From: a virus
Taxonomy: Duplodnaviria; Caudoviricetes
Direction: 5' to 3' (one strand)
DNA length: 64,000 bases
Virus record (IMG/VR): IMGVR_UViG_3300042691_005081
Span: 1,607-65,606 of that record
Shown: one piece after another, positions 52,801-60,795 of the stretch
Position numbering within the stretch: the first letter of the stretch is position 1
How the letters are laid out: every line of letters starts with the position of its first letter
Translations under genes and position numbers: made by a program
Notes under the pieces: model-generated
Seen by the model: only the letters and a program-made list of their open reading frames with translations
The model's database searches: none
What the model was told of the DNA's origin: nothing

Positions 52801-53028
52801 GTAGGGCTTTTATCTAAAGGATTAAAAATTATACAACAAGTAGGAAGTGAAGGAATAGGAATAGCTACAGATGATGAAGAAATGATGAAAAAAGCACATG
52901 GTTTAAAATATACATTTAATATAATTCCAGGGTTATCTCAAGCTCAAAATGAAGTTCTTCCTTACTTATATCCTGAACTTGCAAAAGAAATGGGTATTAG
53001 AGTTACAAAAGAATCAAGAAGTAGATAG
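46858..53028 (+). CDS. Large multidomain cargo protein with PD-(D/E)xK-like and degenerate zincin-like segments
   Basis: 2056 aa; GNEGH...IEE...GSRVD...LDWK; EEIVH; C-terminal hydrophobic helix. Confidence 0.65.
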   Translation: MATCPNKNTEAWQLLVSSRGEDVAHYLWDKYDGLVPESESGEQIVKSGLKATNILQSAKADQFFNTVSKNKISGDFFWKKMQADLGIPKDQLEILKSFDTEDKGELISSLLANYSYAIEINTAKNKIATRGTEDSPSFDQYGELIEQVKEAEFENTPTKYYSNLTVPGGTNYTENEIATPAITPSIKGHAQFATDNGIGWFRSDDKSIIETPENVEDEIDLWTAKEVNGKVIVPTNKSTKTRRILEVQSDLFQKGRDEKKIVKEEYNKDEVFKSEQFKNAEDDDVIDIKLSNGKNVKIQKTSDFGFKDLDFKKYITDSNNQFLQLLNQGSNWVTFFVKSIVQDSSKKGYEKVLFPSGDTASKVEGHTTLEQFKKQKEDRLKELEDKVNKGRYVLTDSTGFPMGIAPIDSDINVLKSNNPTLKIEKESLTQKELDDTNNEINQLKQELERVEGPEGFGALKPIYNFYENTVKNVLNKQYGKENIKQVTDEYGNTWNEVEIVAEREQQTILFQSEDMAASKASDETVSMMRQAAEQMGIDIQDLLDYAKANPNVDVKNVNGLADLMKGAVAIAQGKEGVALIEEIVHITTAILEQTDPKLITELISKIDRFKIYKQVLEVYSKKKEYQLANGKPNIRKIKKEAVDKLISEVVVYQSEGSTEYPELMEEETRNWVQSLWDMILDKLRGVYRKSNIDIFQTAGTIVKSGKAGTVADIKTEGIYFQVDGSVKAKIDNFYNKVKGYAKEMVYIPEIKDAQGNITQKRGYTFKGQSVATTITEKIKKNKKFPERTAEQEATDNEKKDWGNEGHRFLERYFVTNLIDQDGYRKPVFEDNPINSTLSLGLQKQLKNFAKELIASYPPGTRFLIEEMVVNLKEKGMIGSRVDFKAVYPFQKKDGTYDMKIDTLDWKFTTVDKTRYDDISRDKIKDWVPQMGQFVAIDYTYGASQNQIGKARMIPFIVNYDYRIAGDKKSGLVPTELEIGKLDSLKETNLYLLPVPILSETTGNEQVDKLINSLQAQWDKLYSKPVVFENKDKRIADLAELSKAIRFLHLRLDFEPLVNVGKTFLNNAADTLKEFKNIKFAELSDVELNKKLEDLIAYEEGAKKYGDLDETFLSYYPRKELTKEGQKIVDDLTNISRATDNMLKVIDNLQKQFVVEIALREKFTTEDTQLSVLDAEATIVGMSKSFSEGSKLSSKIINLATNLIMVAKKVTDGKINKQIKEFGELLIPLEKEARARGIKAFDMIAIKSDKELSLIKKINPEFWKIVNKAKEDKNKKFFLENLDLDKYNALAKTAMEQRIIDASKRQYSSDEETNERYKEYAIQAVKNALDITSDSFNGYNDRTFGYLFNKSFKEEKNYSKEYLEMSKSKAALDVWNYFTQLNQRAEGLGYIPEYQDSFFPLIEATILNKFYQTTSITGQTKDFFQDFYKIKVNEEQQFSKLDPETGKVKKIIPKFFTRTDKAVEQLSTDLNKVGALWIKSLEEYESKKNLESTLITLQSVEKAKGSLIIENGKVVFENRIPKVNLAENKNADLLQVIIDDELYGLKENQSSLGNIAISSLSSKLGKTDEGKEKYEVATKKLISTADTWVQSLAVGLKPAISIANWFGNQFNAFIQAGGYYNFWGDFEKNNLKVTTGKISTIERGLLDLIHPLNEDVTQEERRKLAWKQGYIEYLSTWTFTDVMQITNSFPERKLQFANALSFIDNSIVIDGEIRNIRKYLKEQDRQTKYNLSVSERKALENTFEKRVEELKKDPRALKNIAKIENGETVIPGVSDLNVAKFSLQVTEYGRTLNGQMSLTNKADYRRDTMFSSFMMFKNWIPKLVTARGMDIKKNVELDTWEYGRTRAFFKTAAFLGAANITSMIDIINGTEKGLKILDELLEAKKIEHYKKTGQELEITQEEFYDLMREQLVNQSKEFALLFGTLALVLAAAAAEPPEDATDAEKNRYKWWAKTINKISDEVSFYYNPISFESITKGSLLPSVGLLSKGLKIIQQVGSEGIGIATDDEEMMKKAHGLKYTFNIIPGLSQAQNEVLPYLYPELAKEMGIRVTKESRSR

Positions 53029-53029
53029 A

Positions 53030-53095
53030 AACGCTATATTATCCCAATTATTTAATAATCCCCCTTTCAAAATACATAATTAATAATTAACTTTG
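53030..53095 (+). promoter_or_regulatory. Putative Bacteroidota-type promoter with upstream AAYGCTATATTA element
   Basis: AACGCTATATTATCCCAA; TTTC 53065-53068; 19-nt spacer; TAACTTTG 53088-53095. Confidence 0.6.
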
Positions 53096-53100
53096 CTCAC

Positions 53101-53490
53101 ATGAGAACAGCTGCAATTTGCCCAACATGTGCCACATATGAAAATGCTAAATGCATTTTATATAATGGCTCTTTTCTTTCTAATATTAATGTTGCTCCTT
53201 TAGATGATTTAGAGACAATATTAGAAAAAATAAATACTAGATTAGTACCGCTATCTGGATCTTTAGCTCCTAGTACATCCGCTACATATTTAGGACAACT
53301 GTATTTAAATACAGCTAAATCTGTATTATATTTTGCTAAATCTGTAGGAACAGGAGCTTCTGATTGGAGTGTTGTATTAACTACTCCTGTTATCCCTCCT
53401 CAATATGCTAATAACTCTGCTGCATTATTAGCGGGATTAGTTGCTGGTCAAATTTATCGTACAGGAGATGTTCTTAAAATAGTTCATTAA
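53101..53490 (+). CDS. Short fibre/decoration protein
   Basis: N-terminal C..YNG..L domain shared with 11424/12565/12931; C-terminal YA..AA..AG...G..Y motif shared with 60796. Confidence 0.6.
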   Translation: MRTAAICPTCATYENAKCILYNGSFLSNINVAPLDDLETILEKINTRLVPLSGSLAPSTSATYLGQLYLNTAKSVLYFAKSVGTGASDWSVVLTTPVIPPQYANNSAALLAGLVAGQIYRTGDVLKIVH

Positions 53491-53509
53491 TATATTTAAA
53501 TAAAAAGAA

Positions 53510-54001
53510 ATGAATTGGTTTTTAGAAAATTGGCAAGCAATAGTTGGTACTGGAACATTAACTACTATTATTAATTATTTAATAAACAAACAACAACAAA
53601 AACAACTTCTAAAAAAAGGAGATGTAGAGATTGATTCTGCAGAAGTAGATTACGCTGTTAAAGTGAGAGAGCTTTACGAAAGTTTGCTTGTACAAGCTAA
53701 TACAGATAAAGATGCTCTTAAATCAGATAAAGATGCTATTGTTAATGAATTTAAAGCAGAAAAAGAATATTTTAGAAAACAAATTGATGAACTTCGTTCT
53801 CAAGCATCTTTAATGCAAGAACAATTTAACTCTATACAAATTGCCTATGCAAAGGAGGTTGAGCAGTCGCAAAACTGGGAAAAATTGCATAGAGAATTAG
53901 CCAAAGAAAATGAAGAATTAAAACGTCTTTATGAAGATTTAAAATCTCTTTATGATAAACTGAAAGCTGAATTCGAGAAACATAAAAAACAAAAACAATA
54001 A
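53510..54001 (+). CDS. Membrane-anchored coiled-coil protein (holin-like or lysis accessory)
   Basis: N-terminal hydrophobic helix, long coiled coil, upstream of the endolysin. Confidence 0.55.
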   Translation: MNWFLENWQAIVGTGTLTTIINYLINKQQQKQLLKKGDVEIDSAEVDYAVKVRELYESLLVQANTDKDALKSDKDAIVNEFKAEKEYFRKQIDELRSQASLMQEQFNSIQIAYAKEVEQSQNWEKLHRELAKENEELKRLYEDLKSLYDKLKAEFEKHKKQKQ

Positions 54002-54002
54002 T

Positions 54003-54587
54003 ATGAAATTTGATTATAAATATATTTTAATTATAATTCTTATAGTTATAATTATTTTAATGAGAGGTTGTGATTCTAAATTTATTCCTAAAGATCCTAT
54101 TATTACAACTCAATATGACACTGTATTTAAAGAAACACATGACACTGTATTTAAAAAAGTAACAGTTACAGATGTAAAATATATTACACAAGACATTCCT
54201 ATATTTACAGATATAGATAGTTGTAATAAACAATATAATAGACAAACTACATATAAGGATACAATTAAACTAGATAGTTTAGGTGTAATTACAGTGATAG
54301 ATACAGTGTATCAAAACAAGTTAAAAGAAAGAACCATATTTAAAAACTATAAAATACCTCTTGTCACTAAGACAATTACAATTATAAAACAACCAGATCC
54401 TAAAAGACAATTGTATATAGGAGGTAATTTGTTTGGTGACAAGACAAGTATACAATTATTTACTCCTGGTCTTTTATATAAGGATAGAAAAGATAGAATA
54501 TATCAAGCTAATGTTGGCGTAAATTTTGATGGCTCACTAACATATGGTGCAGGAATGTATTGGAAAATCAATTTAAATAAAAAATAA
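54003..54587 (+). CDS. Putative spanin-like lysis protein
   Basis: N-terminal TM/lipobox-like LMRGC; DTV/DTI repeats; C-terminal amphipathic beta strands; adjacent to the endolysin. Confidence 0.5.
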   Translation: MKFDYKYILIIILIVIIILMRGCDSKFIPKDPIITTQYDTVFKETHDTVFKKVTVTDVKYITQDIPIFTDIDSCNKQYNRQTTYKDTIKLDSLGVITVIDTVYQNKLKERTIFKNYKIPLVTKTITIIKQPDPKRQLYIGGNLFGDKTSIQLFTPGLLYKDRKDRIYQANVGVNFDGSLTYGAGMYWKINLNKK

Positions 54588-54590
54588 CCA

Positions 54591-55019
54591 ATGGTGACAA
54601 GTAAACAATGTTTTGATAAATGGGGAGATCCATTAACTACACATGATGAAGGAACTTATATGGTTATGTGGGATGTTCCATCTAATTTAGAAATTGGCGT
54701 TATACCAAAAAGATTATATTGTAATAAAGCAATGATAACACCATTAACAAATGCATTTAAGAATTTAATTTCTAGAGGATTTGTAAATGAACTTAAAACA
54801 TGGGATGGATGTTTTAATATTAGAAAAAAAAGAGGACTTAGCTCTCAATCATTACATTCTTGGGGTGTAGCAATAGATGTTAATGCATTTGAAAATGGAT
54901 TAGGTGTTACACCAAAACTTTCATCAGGGTTTGTAAAATGTTTTATTGATGCTGGTTTTGATTGGGGAGGAACTTGGACTCGTCGAGACGGTATGCACTT
55001 CCAATTAAATAAAATATAA
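54591..55019 (+). CDS. Endolysin, M15-family zinc peptidase
   Basis: SLHSWGVAIDVN and DGMHFQ motifs. Confidence 0.88.
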   Translation: MVTSKQCFDKWGDPLTTHDEGTYMVMWDVPSNLEIGVIPKRLYCNKAMITPLTNAFKNLISRGFVNELKTWDGCFNIRKKRGLSSQSLHSWGVAIDVNAFENGLGVTPKLSSGFVKCFIDAGFDWGGTWTRRDGMHFQLNKI

Positions 55020-55159
55020 TGGCAAAAGTAACTAACACTATAGAAAATAAAATTACATCAAGTGTTAATCGTCCTGGTGTACATGCTAAAGCTAAAACTT
55101 CTAGTTTAAAAACTAGTAAAAATTATAAAAAGAAAAATGTTGGTCAAGGTAGAATATAA
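55019..55159 (+). CDS. 46-aa basic microprotein (RPGVHAK...KNYKKKNVGQGR)
   Basis: TAATG overlaps on both sides; missing from the ORF track. Confidence 0.75.
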   Translation: MAKVTNTIENKITSSVNRPGVHAKAKTSSLKTSKNYKKKNVGQGRI

Positions 55160-55458
55160 TGAATGTAGTATATCAAGGAAAAATTGCATTAGATGGAAGT
55201 ACAAGAATTAATTGTACAGCTTCTTCTATGGAAATTTCTCTAATTATTATAAACAATATAAGTTCTAATTATACGTTAACAGTTAGTAGATTTGAAACTG
55301 GTCCAGGTATTCATGAAATTCCTATTTATAGGTTTGATTTAGATGCTGGAGACACTGTAAGAGATACAACTATTTATACACTCTCTCAAGGAGATTATAT
55401 TCGTTTAGAGTCTACTCAAATTAATACAACATATTATATTTCAGCAGAAACTACATGA
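55159..55458 (+). CDS. Small beta-sandwich structural protein
   Basis: 99 aa; LDAGD/LSQGD repeats; translationally coupled to neighbours. Confidence 0.55.
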   Translation: MNVVYQGKIALDGSTRINCTASSMEISLIIINNISSNYTLTVSRFETGPGIHEIPIYRFDLDAGDTVRDTTIYTLSQGDYIRLESTQINTTYYISAETT

Positions 55459-56933
55459 TACAAGTATATGATAAATATGGAAAGATAAAGTCTTCAGGAC
55501 TTCCTGGAACTGGTACTGTTACAAGTTTTTCTGCTGGTAATTTGTCTCCTTTATTTAATTCTATAGTTACCTCTCCAACAAGTACACCTAATATTTCATT
55601 CTCTAAAATATCCCAAGCACAAAATTTATTTTATGCTAGTCCAAATGGAGTTTCTGGAGTTCCAACATTTAGAGCATTAGTAGCTGCAGATATTCCTACA
55701 TTAACAAATTATGTCCCTACAAGTAGAACATTAACAATAAATGGAGTAACATTTGATTTATCTGCAAATAGAACTTGGACAGTTTCAGGAGCTACTTGGG
55801 GAAGTATAACAGGAACAATAACAGCACAAACAGATTTAACTACATATCTTTCTACAAATTACTTTCCTAAACCAACAGGAACAACTGGTCAATATATTAG
55901 AGGTGATGGTTCTTTAGCAACTTTTCCAACTATACCAACTGTAGGAACATGGGGAGCATTAAATTATCCATCATGGACTACAGGTACACCATTTGTAAAA
56001 ATGACTGCTGTTGGTACATTTGTTTTAGACACTAATACATATTTAACTACAGCTGTTACTTCGGTAGGATTATCAATGCCTTCTGCATTTAATGTAACAA
56101 GTAGTCCTGTAACAGGTACAGGAACATTAACTGTTACAGGTGCTGGTGTAGTGTCTCAATATATAAGAGGTGATGGAACACTTGCTAATTTTCCAACCTC
56201 AACAGGGGGTGGTGCTTCTTTATCTTATTATTTAAATGGAAGTGTATCACAAGGAACATTTGGTGGTGTTTCGTTTAGAGAAATGGATAGAACACCAATA
56301 TTAGGAGCAGGTACAGACTTTACAATAGCAACAAATGGATATATTCAATCATTTATAACTGATGCAGGAGTTCCAAATTTATTAGAAATACCAGCAGGTA
56401 ATTGGAACTTTGAAACTTATTTTAGTGCATCAAGTGGAGGAGGAACTCCATCATTTTATATAGAATTATATAAATGGGATGGAACAACTCTATCATTACT
56501 AGCATCTAATTCAATAAACCCTGAAGCTATAACAGGTGGAACAGTTGTAGATTTATATATAAGTGCATTAGCAGTTCCACAAACAACATTGTTAACAACT
56601 GATAGATTAGCAGTTAGAATATATGTTAATAATAGTGGTAGAACTATTACACTTCATACAGAAGATAGTAATTTATGTCAAGTTATAACTACATTTTCAA
56701 CAGGAATAACTGCATTAAATGGTTTAACTGTACAAGTACAAAACTTTGCTAATGACACTAATGTTACTATGGTTTCCTCTGGAACAACGCACACTATTAC
56801 ATGGGCAGGAACATTAGCAGATGCTAGAATAACAAGTGCTAGTGTATGGAACAGTAAACAAAAAGAAATAACATCAGGAACAGCAGCTCCATCAGGAGGA
56901 GTAGATGGAGATATTTATTTACAATACATTTAA
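55455..56933 (+). CDS. Tail fibre protein
   Basis: GTVTS, PTFRALV, two QYIRGDG.LA.FPT repeats; C-terminal GTAAPSGGVDGDIYLQY cap motif. Confidence 0.75.
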   Translation: MIQVYDKYGKIKSSGLPGTGTVTSFSAGNLSPLFNSIVTSPTSTPNISFSKISQAQNLFYASPNGVSGVPTFRALVAADIPTLTNYVPTSRTLTINGVTFDLSANRTWTVSGATWGSITGTITAQTDLTTYLSTNYFPKPTGTTGQYIRGDGSLATFPTIPTVGTWGALNYPSWTTGTPFVKMTAVGTFVLDTNTYLTTAVTSVGLSMPSAFNVTSSPVTGTGTLTVTGAGVVSQYIRGDGTLANFPTSTGGGASLSYYLNGSVSQGTFGGVSFREMDRTPILGAGTDFTIATNGYIQSFITDAGVPNLLEIPAGNWNFETYFSASSGGGTPSFYIELYKWDGTTLSLLASNSINPEAITGGTVVDLYISALAVPQTTLLTTDRLAVRIYVNNSGRTITLHTEDSNLCQVITTFSTGITALNGLTVQVQNFANDTNVTMVSSGTTHTITWAGTLADARITSASVWNSKQKEITSGTAAPSGGVDGDIYLQYI

Positions 56934-56944
56934 AAATAAAAATT

Positions 56945-57367
56945 ATGGCAGATAATGTAGGATATACACCAGGAACAGGTGCAATAGTAGCGGCAGATGA
57001 AATAGATGGCGTTTTATATCAAAGAATTAAACCCACTGTTGGCGCAAATGGTATAGCAATAGATGTAAGCGAAGAAAACCCTATGCCAGTTCAAGAGGCA
57101 AGAGTAGAAGATTTATTGGCAATTATTCAGCGACTTGTAAAGGTTTGTGAATCATTGCAAGTTGTAGACTCCGCCCAAAGACAAAGAGTAACAATAGATG
57201 CAATTACAGGTAACTTAACACTAGCCACAGTTTCTACAGTTTCTACAGTATCATCAGTCACTAACGTGGCTGCTCAAACCTCTCTTGCAGGAATGGATAG
57301 AGAAATGTACATAAACATAGCAAGACAAACATATGAGAATTCAATTCGTTCAAAACTAACTTTTTAA
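56945..57367 (+). CDS. Fibre-associated protein
   Basis: VSEENPMPV motif, TVS repeats. Confidence 0.55.
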   Translation: MADNVGYTPGTGAIVAADEIDGVLYQRIKPTVGANGIAIDVSEENPMPVQEARVEDLLAIIQRLVKVCESLQVVDSAQRQRVTIDAITGNLTLATVSTVSTVSSVTNVAAQTSLAGMDREMYINIARQTYENSIRSKLTF

Positions 57368-57383
57368 TAATTAAAAAATAATT

Positions 57384-60017
57384 ATGCCAGCATTAACAAA
57401 TAATACATTAACAAAACAAGTAGATTTACCTGTATGGGAGTGGACAAGATTTGCACCTGCAGTAAGTTCAGCAATATCAAGTTCTTGTTCAGCAGATAAT
57501 GGTAATTTTATGCCAGAAGAGCACGGTAGATACATCTATTATTTAATTTCTGCAACTTCGTTTGTAAAACACGATACTTGGACTGATATGTATTTGCCAG
57601 TATCTACACCTCCAATAGCTCCTGTTAACTTTAGTGCTATGAAGTATAGCGGTGCATTAGGCATAGATGGAAACGTTATTGCAGCAACAGCAAACACGCT
57701 TACTATTCCGTCAATTACAATGCAATCTTTAAAAGGATATGATGTTGAAATTGTTTCAGGCACAGGTGCAGGACAACGTAGAACTATCACAGGAGTAGCA
57801 GAACCAGTTATTGCAGATAGCGGAATAGTTACAGCAGTCAACAACGTAGCAGGAGCTTTAAATATTACAGATACATTAAAAGCATTTTCTGGTAATCAAT
57901 ACGCTGGTTACACTTTGCGTATTGCAGGAAACGCAGGAGTTTCTCAAATTAGAAGAATATTATCTAATACTGCTACTCAAATTGTTTTGGCAGATACTAC
58001 CCAAATGAATGAAACTTGGAATAACCCTGCAATATTTAACCCTGCAATTAACGCAACAGCGGGTTCACAAGCTGTTTATTCTATTGAATCGCAAGTTATA
58101 ACACTTGACTCGGCTTGGGGTGTAACTCCTGATGCTACTTCTGTTTTCAGAGTACAATCAGGATTGGTGATATTAGTTTCTAATAATACAAGTGCGCCAT
58201 TTTTTACGATGCAAGCATACGATCAAATTTCAGATACTTGGTACGTCATGCCAGCAATGCAAAATATTTTTGCAGCAGCAGGAAATGATCTTAGTATTGA
58301 AAGAACTACCGAAAACTCATCTATTTGGGAAAGAGGTATTGCAGCGGCAGCAAGTACAACAACAACGCTTGTAGATGCTTCACAAGGAGTTGATAGAGCG
58401 GCTTGGACTACAGATCAATGGAAAGATTATTGGGTTTACATTTATTCGGGAACAGGTGCAGGACAAATTAGACGAATTGCTTCCAATACAGCAAACACAC
58501 TTACTTGGGCAACCGCTGGTACTGCTCCAACTGCAACTAGTCGTTATTTTATAATTGGTTTTGATGCGGGAATTGCTACAGCAGGAGCATCTACAACAAT
58601 AACAGATAGTACAAAATCTTGGGAGGTTAACAGATGGAGAAATTATGCTGTTAGAATATTAGCAGGAACAGGAGCAGGACAGCTTAGACCTATTGCTTCT
58701 AATACAGCTACAGCATTAACCATTGTAGGAACTTGGGCAACTACTCCAGATAACACTTCTGTTTTTGCTATACAAGGCGACCCAAACAAACTATACATTC
58801 AATTAGGGGGTGTTAATGCTTTAGCAATACACAATATAGATTCGCAAGTACCAACTTTTGGAAGACAGCAAGACTTCGGTATTGCTAGAAATGCGGCTGC
58901 AACAGTTGAAGGACATAACCCTGTTGCTATTGCTTCTTTTGCAAATGCTACAAGTACAGCAACAGCTACCACAGCTCATCCGCATCAATTCAAAGTGGGG
59001 CAATTAGTAACTGTAAGAGGCGCAACAGATGCTAACTTTAACGTAACAAATGTGGCTATTGCTACCGTTCCATCAGCAACTACTTTTACTTATGTAATGG
59101 CAGGAACTCCAGCATCAACTACAATTGTTTCATCTCAATCAACTACTGTATTGGTAGATGCTACAAAGAACTGGACTGTCAATCAATGGGCAGGACAAAC
59201 TGTTTATATGTACACAGGTGCGGTTACTGCTGCAAATGGTAGTACAGCTGGTCAAGCGTTTAGAATAGCAAGTAACACAGCCACTACTTTAACTCTTGTG
59301 GCAGTTGGTACTGCTCCGACAAACGGAGTAAGTAGATACGCTATATCAACTTCAACAGCTATTGGTGCTGCTGACTTTGGAGTAGCAACAGGAACGCAGT
59401 CAGCTACAACTTTACAAGATACAACTAAATCTTGGGCAAATAATATTTGGGCAGGAAAAAGATTGAGAATATTAACTACGACAGGTTTTAGTGCAGAAGT
59501 GAATATTACTTCTAATACTGCCAATACACTTACTTTTCCAGCAATTACTGCACCAACTACATTAGTAACAGAATATGTAATTTTAGAACAAGCACAAAAA
59601 AATCAAGGAACTAATGTTAACTGGGCATTTGGTACAAGTGATTTAGCCACAAGAGGAAAGTATATGTTTGTTGTTCGTGGCGGTGGTGCTATAGGATTTG
59701 ACAGATTTGACTTAACTACTGATAGATGCAATCAAATGTTTACTTCGCCACTAACCGAAACTTTATCTACAGGAACAATGACTGCTTATGATGGAGCTGA
59801 TAATATATTCTTTCACAAGGATGCCACGCAGAGGGTAATGTCCTTAAATGTGGTAACTGGTAGAGTAAATGGTGCTTCTATGTACCCTTACGCTCCGCCA
59901 ACGGCAGTTATAGGAAACAGAATGGAAATATTTACAACTAAGGATGGATTAAAATATATATGGTTAAATCGTGCATCTTTTGCAGAATGTTTCCGTTGCT
60001 TAATTTTTTGGACATAA
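57384..60017 (+). CDS. Repeat-containing receptor-binding/adhesin-like protein
   Basis: About six repeats of D..K.W..NQW.G..V.I..GTGAGQ.R.I.SNTA..LT flanked by propeller-like segments. Confidence 0.6.
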   Translation: MPALTNNTLTKQVDLPVWEWTRFAPAVSSAISSSCSADNGNFMPEEHGRYIYYLISATSFVKHDTWTDMYLPVSTPPIAPVNFSAMKYSGALGIDGNVIAATANTLTIPSITMQSLKGYDVEIVSGTGAGQRRTITGVAEPVIADSGIVTAVNNVAGALNITDTLKAFSGNQYAGYTLRIAGNAGVSQIRRILSNTATQIVLADTTQMNETWNNPAIFNPAINATAGSQAVYSIESQVITLDSAWGVTPDATSVFRVQSGLVILVSNNTSAPFFTMQAYDQISDTWYVMPAMQNIFAAAGNDLSIERTTENSSIWERGIAAAASTTTTLVDASQGVDRAAWTTDQWKDYWVYIYSGTGAGQIRRIASNTANTLTWATAGTAPTATSRYFIIGFDAGIATAGASTTITDSTKSWEVNRWRNYAVRILAGTGAGQLRPIASNTATALTIVGTWATTPDNTSVFAIQGDPNKLYIQLGGVNALAIHNIDSQVPTFGRQQDFGIARNAAATVEGHNPVAIASFANATSTATATTAHPHQFKVGQLVTVRGATDANFNVTNVAIATVPSATTFTYVMAGTPASTTIVSSQSTTVLVDATKNWTVNQWAGQTVYMYTGAVTAANGSTAGQAFRIASNTATTLTLVAVGTAPTNGVSRYAISTSTAIGAADFGVATGTQSATTLQDTTKSWANNIWAGKRLRILTTTGFSAEVNITSNTANTLTFPAITAPTTLVTEYVILEQAQKNQGTNVNWAFGTSDLATRGKYMFVVRGGGAIGFDRFDLTTDRCNQMFTSPLTETLSTGTMTAYDGADNIFFHKDATQRVMSLNVVTGRVNGASMYPYAPPTAVIGNRMEIFTTKDGLKYIWLNRASFAECFRCLIFWT

Positions 60018-60034
60018 TTTTAATATTATAAAAA

Positions 60035-60196
60035 ATGACAATAGATATATTAATTAATCAATGTGAGATAAGACTAGAATATCTTAAATCTCAAAAACAT
60101 TCTAATATCCAATTATCTAATTTAGATTTGGTTAATAAAATAGATATAGAAATCATACAAGTTGAACAAACAATTGAAAAGTTAAAAAATAAATAA
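60035..60196 (+). CDS. 53-aa helical hairpin microprotein
   Basis: MTIDILINQC...TIEKLKNK; A-rich leader; coupled to the next ORF. Confidence 0.6.
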   Translation: MTIDILINQCEIRLEYLKSQKHSNIQLSNLDLVNKIDIEIIQVEQTIEKLKNK

Positions 60197-60351
60197 TGTT
60201 ATTAACGCTTTTACAAAGTAATACTCCTGTTACTACAAAAGCATGGATTAAAGTTTCAGGCGTTTGGAAAATAGCTATTGTATATATAAAAGTGGGAGGA
60301 GTATGGAAAATAGCAACACCAAATATAAAGGTTGCAGGAGTTTGGAAATAA
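60196..60351 (+). CDS. 51-aa microprotein with three IKVxGVWK repeats (fibre tip adaptor-like)
   Basis: WIKVSGVWK, YIKVGGVWK, NIKVAGVWK; TAATG overlap. Confidence 0.7.
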   Translation: MLLTLLQSNTPVTTKAWIKVSGVWKIAIVYIKVGGVWKIATPNIKVAGVWK

Positions 60352-60375
60352 TTATAATTATAAAATAATAATAAA

Positions 60376-60759
60376 ATGAGAAAAACGTACCATCAATTTA
60401 GAAACGTAATGCACGTAGTGGGGTTTTTAACACTTGCTTACAAAGGATTAGGGTTACTTGACTTGGACTTATGGACTTGGCAAAAAATAGTTTTAGGATT
60501 TGTACTAAGTGCGATTGGCTACGGATTAGGTCACGCATACGAGGGAGTAAGATATATGCTTTTTGGTGACCCTGTAAGCAAAAGTGATGGTAATTTGTCG
60601 TGGATTGGATTTACTGCTGGAGCATTTTTAGTAATGTTTATTCCAAACATAAATTTTATAAATACCTATTTATTCTATTTCTGTTTGAGTTTGTTTGTTT
60701 TGGATAATGTTTTAGCTGTTAGAAAAAAAAATAATAAAAATATAATCAATTATAAATAA
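60376..60759 (+). CDS. Small multi-pass membrane protein
   Basis: 127 aa with about four hydrophobic segments. Confidence 0.6.
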   Translation: MRKTYHQFRNVMHVVGFLTLAYKGLGLLDLDLWTWQKIVLGFVLSAIGYGLGHAYEGVRYMLFGDPVSKSDGNLSWIGFTAGAFLVMFIPNINFINTYLFYFCLSLFVLDNVLAVRKKNNKNIINYK

Positions 60760-60766
60760 ATATTAA

Positions 60767-60774
60767 TATATTTG
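60767..60774 (+). promoter_or_regulatory. Possible -7 promoter element TATATTTG
   Basis: Matches TAnnTTTG 21 nt upstream of the 60796 start; no clear -33 TTTG. Confidence 0.35.
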
Positions 60775-60795
60775 TATAATTAAAATAAAATCATT

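Noticed and set aside
54115-54156. Direct repeat ATGACACTGTATTTAAA occurring twice
   Set aside because: Small in-frame duplication encoding DTVFK twice; no regulatory context
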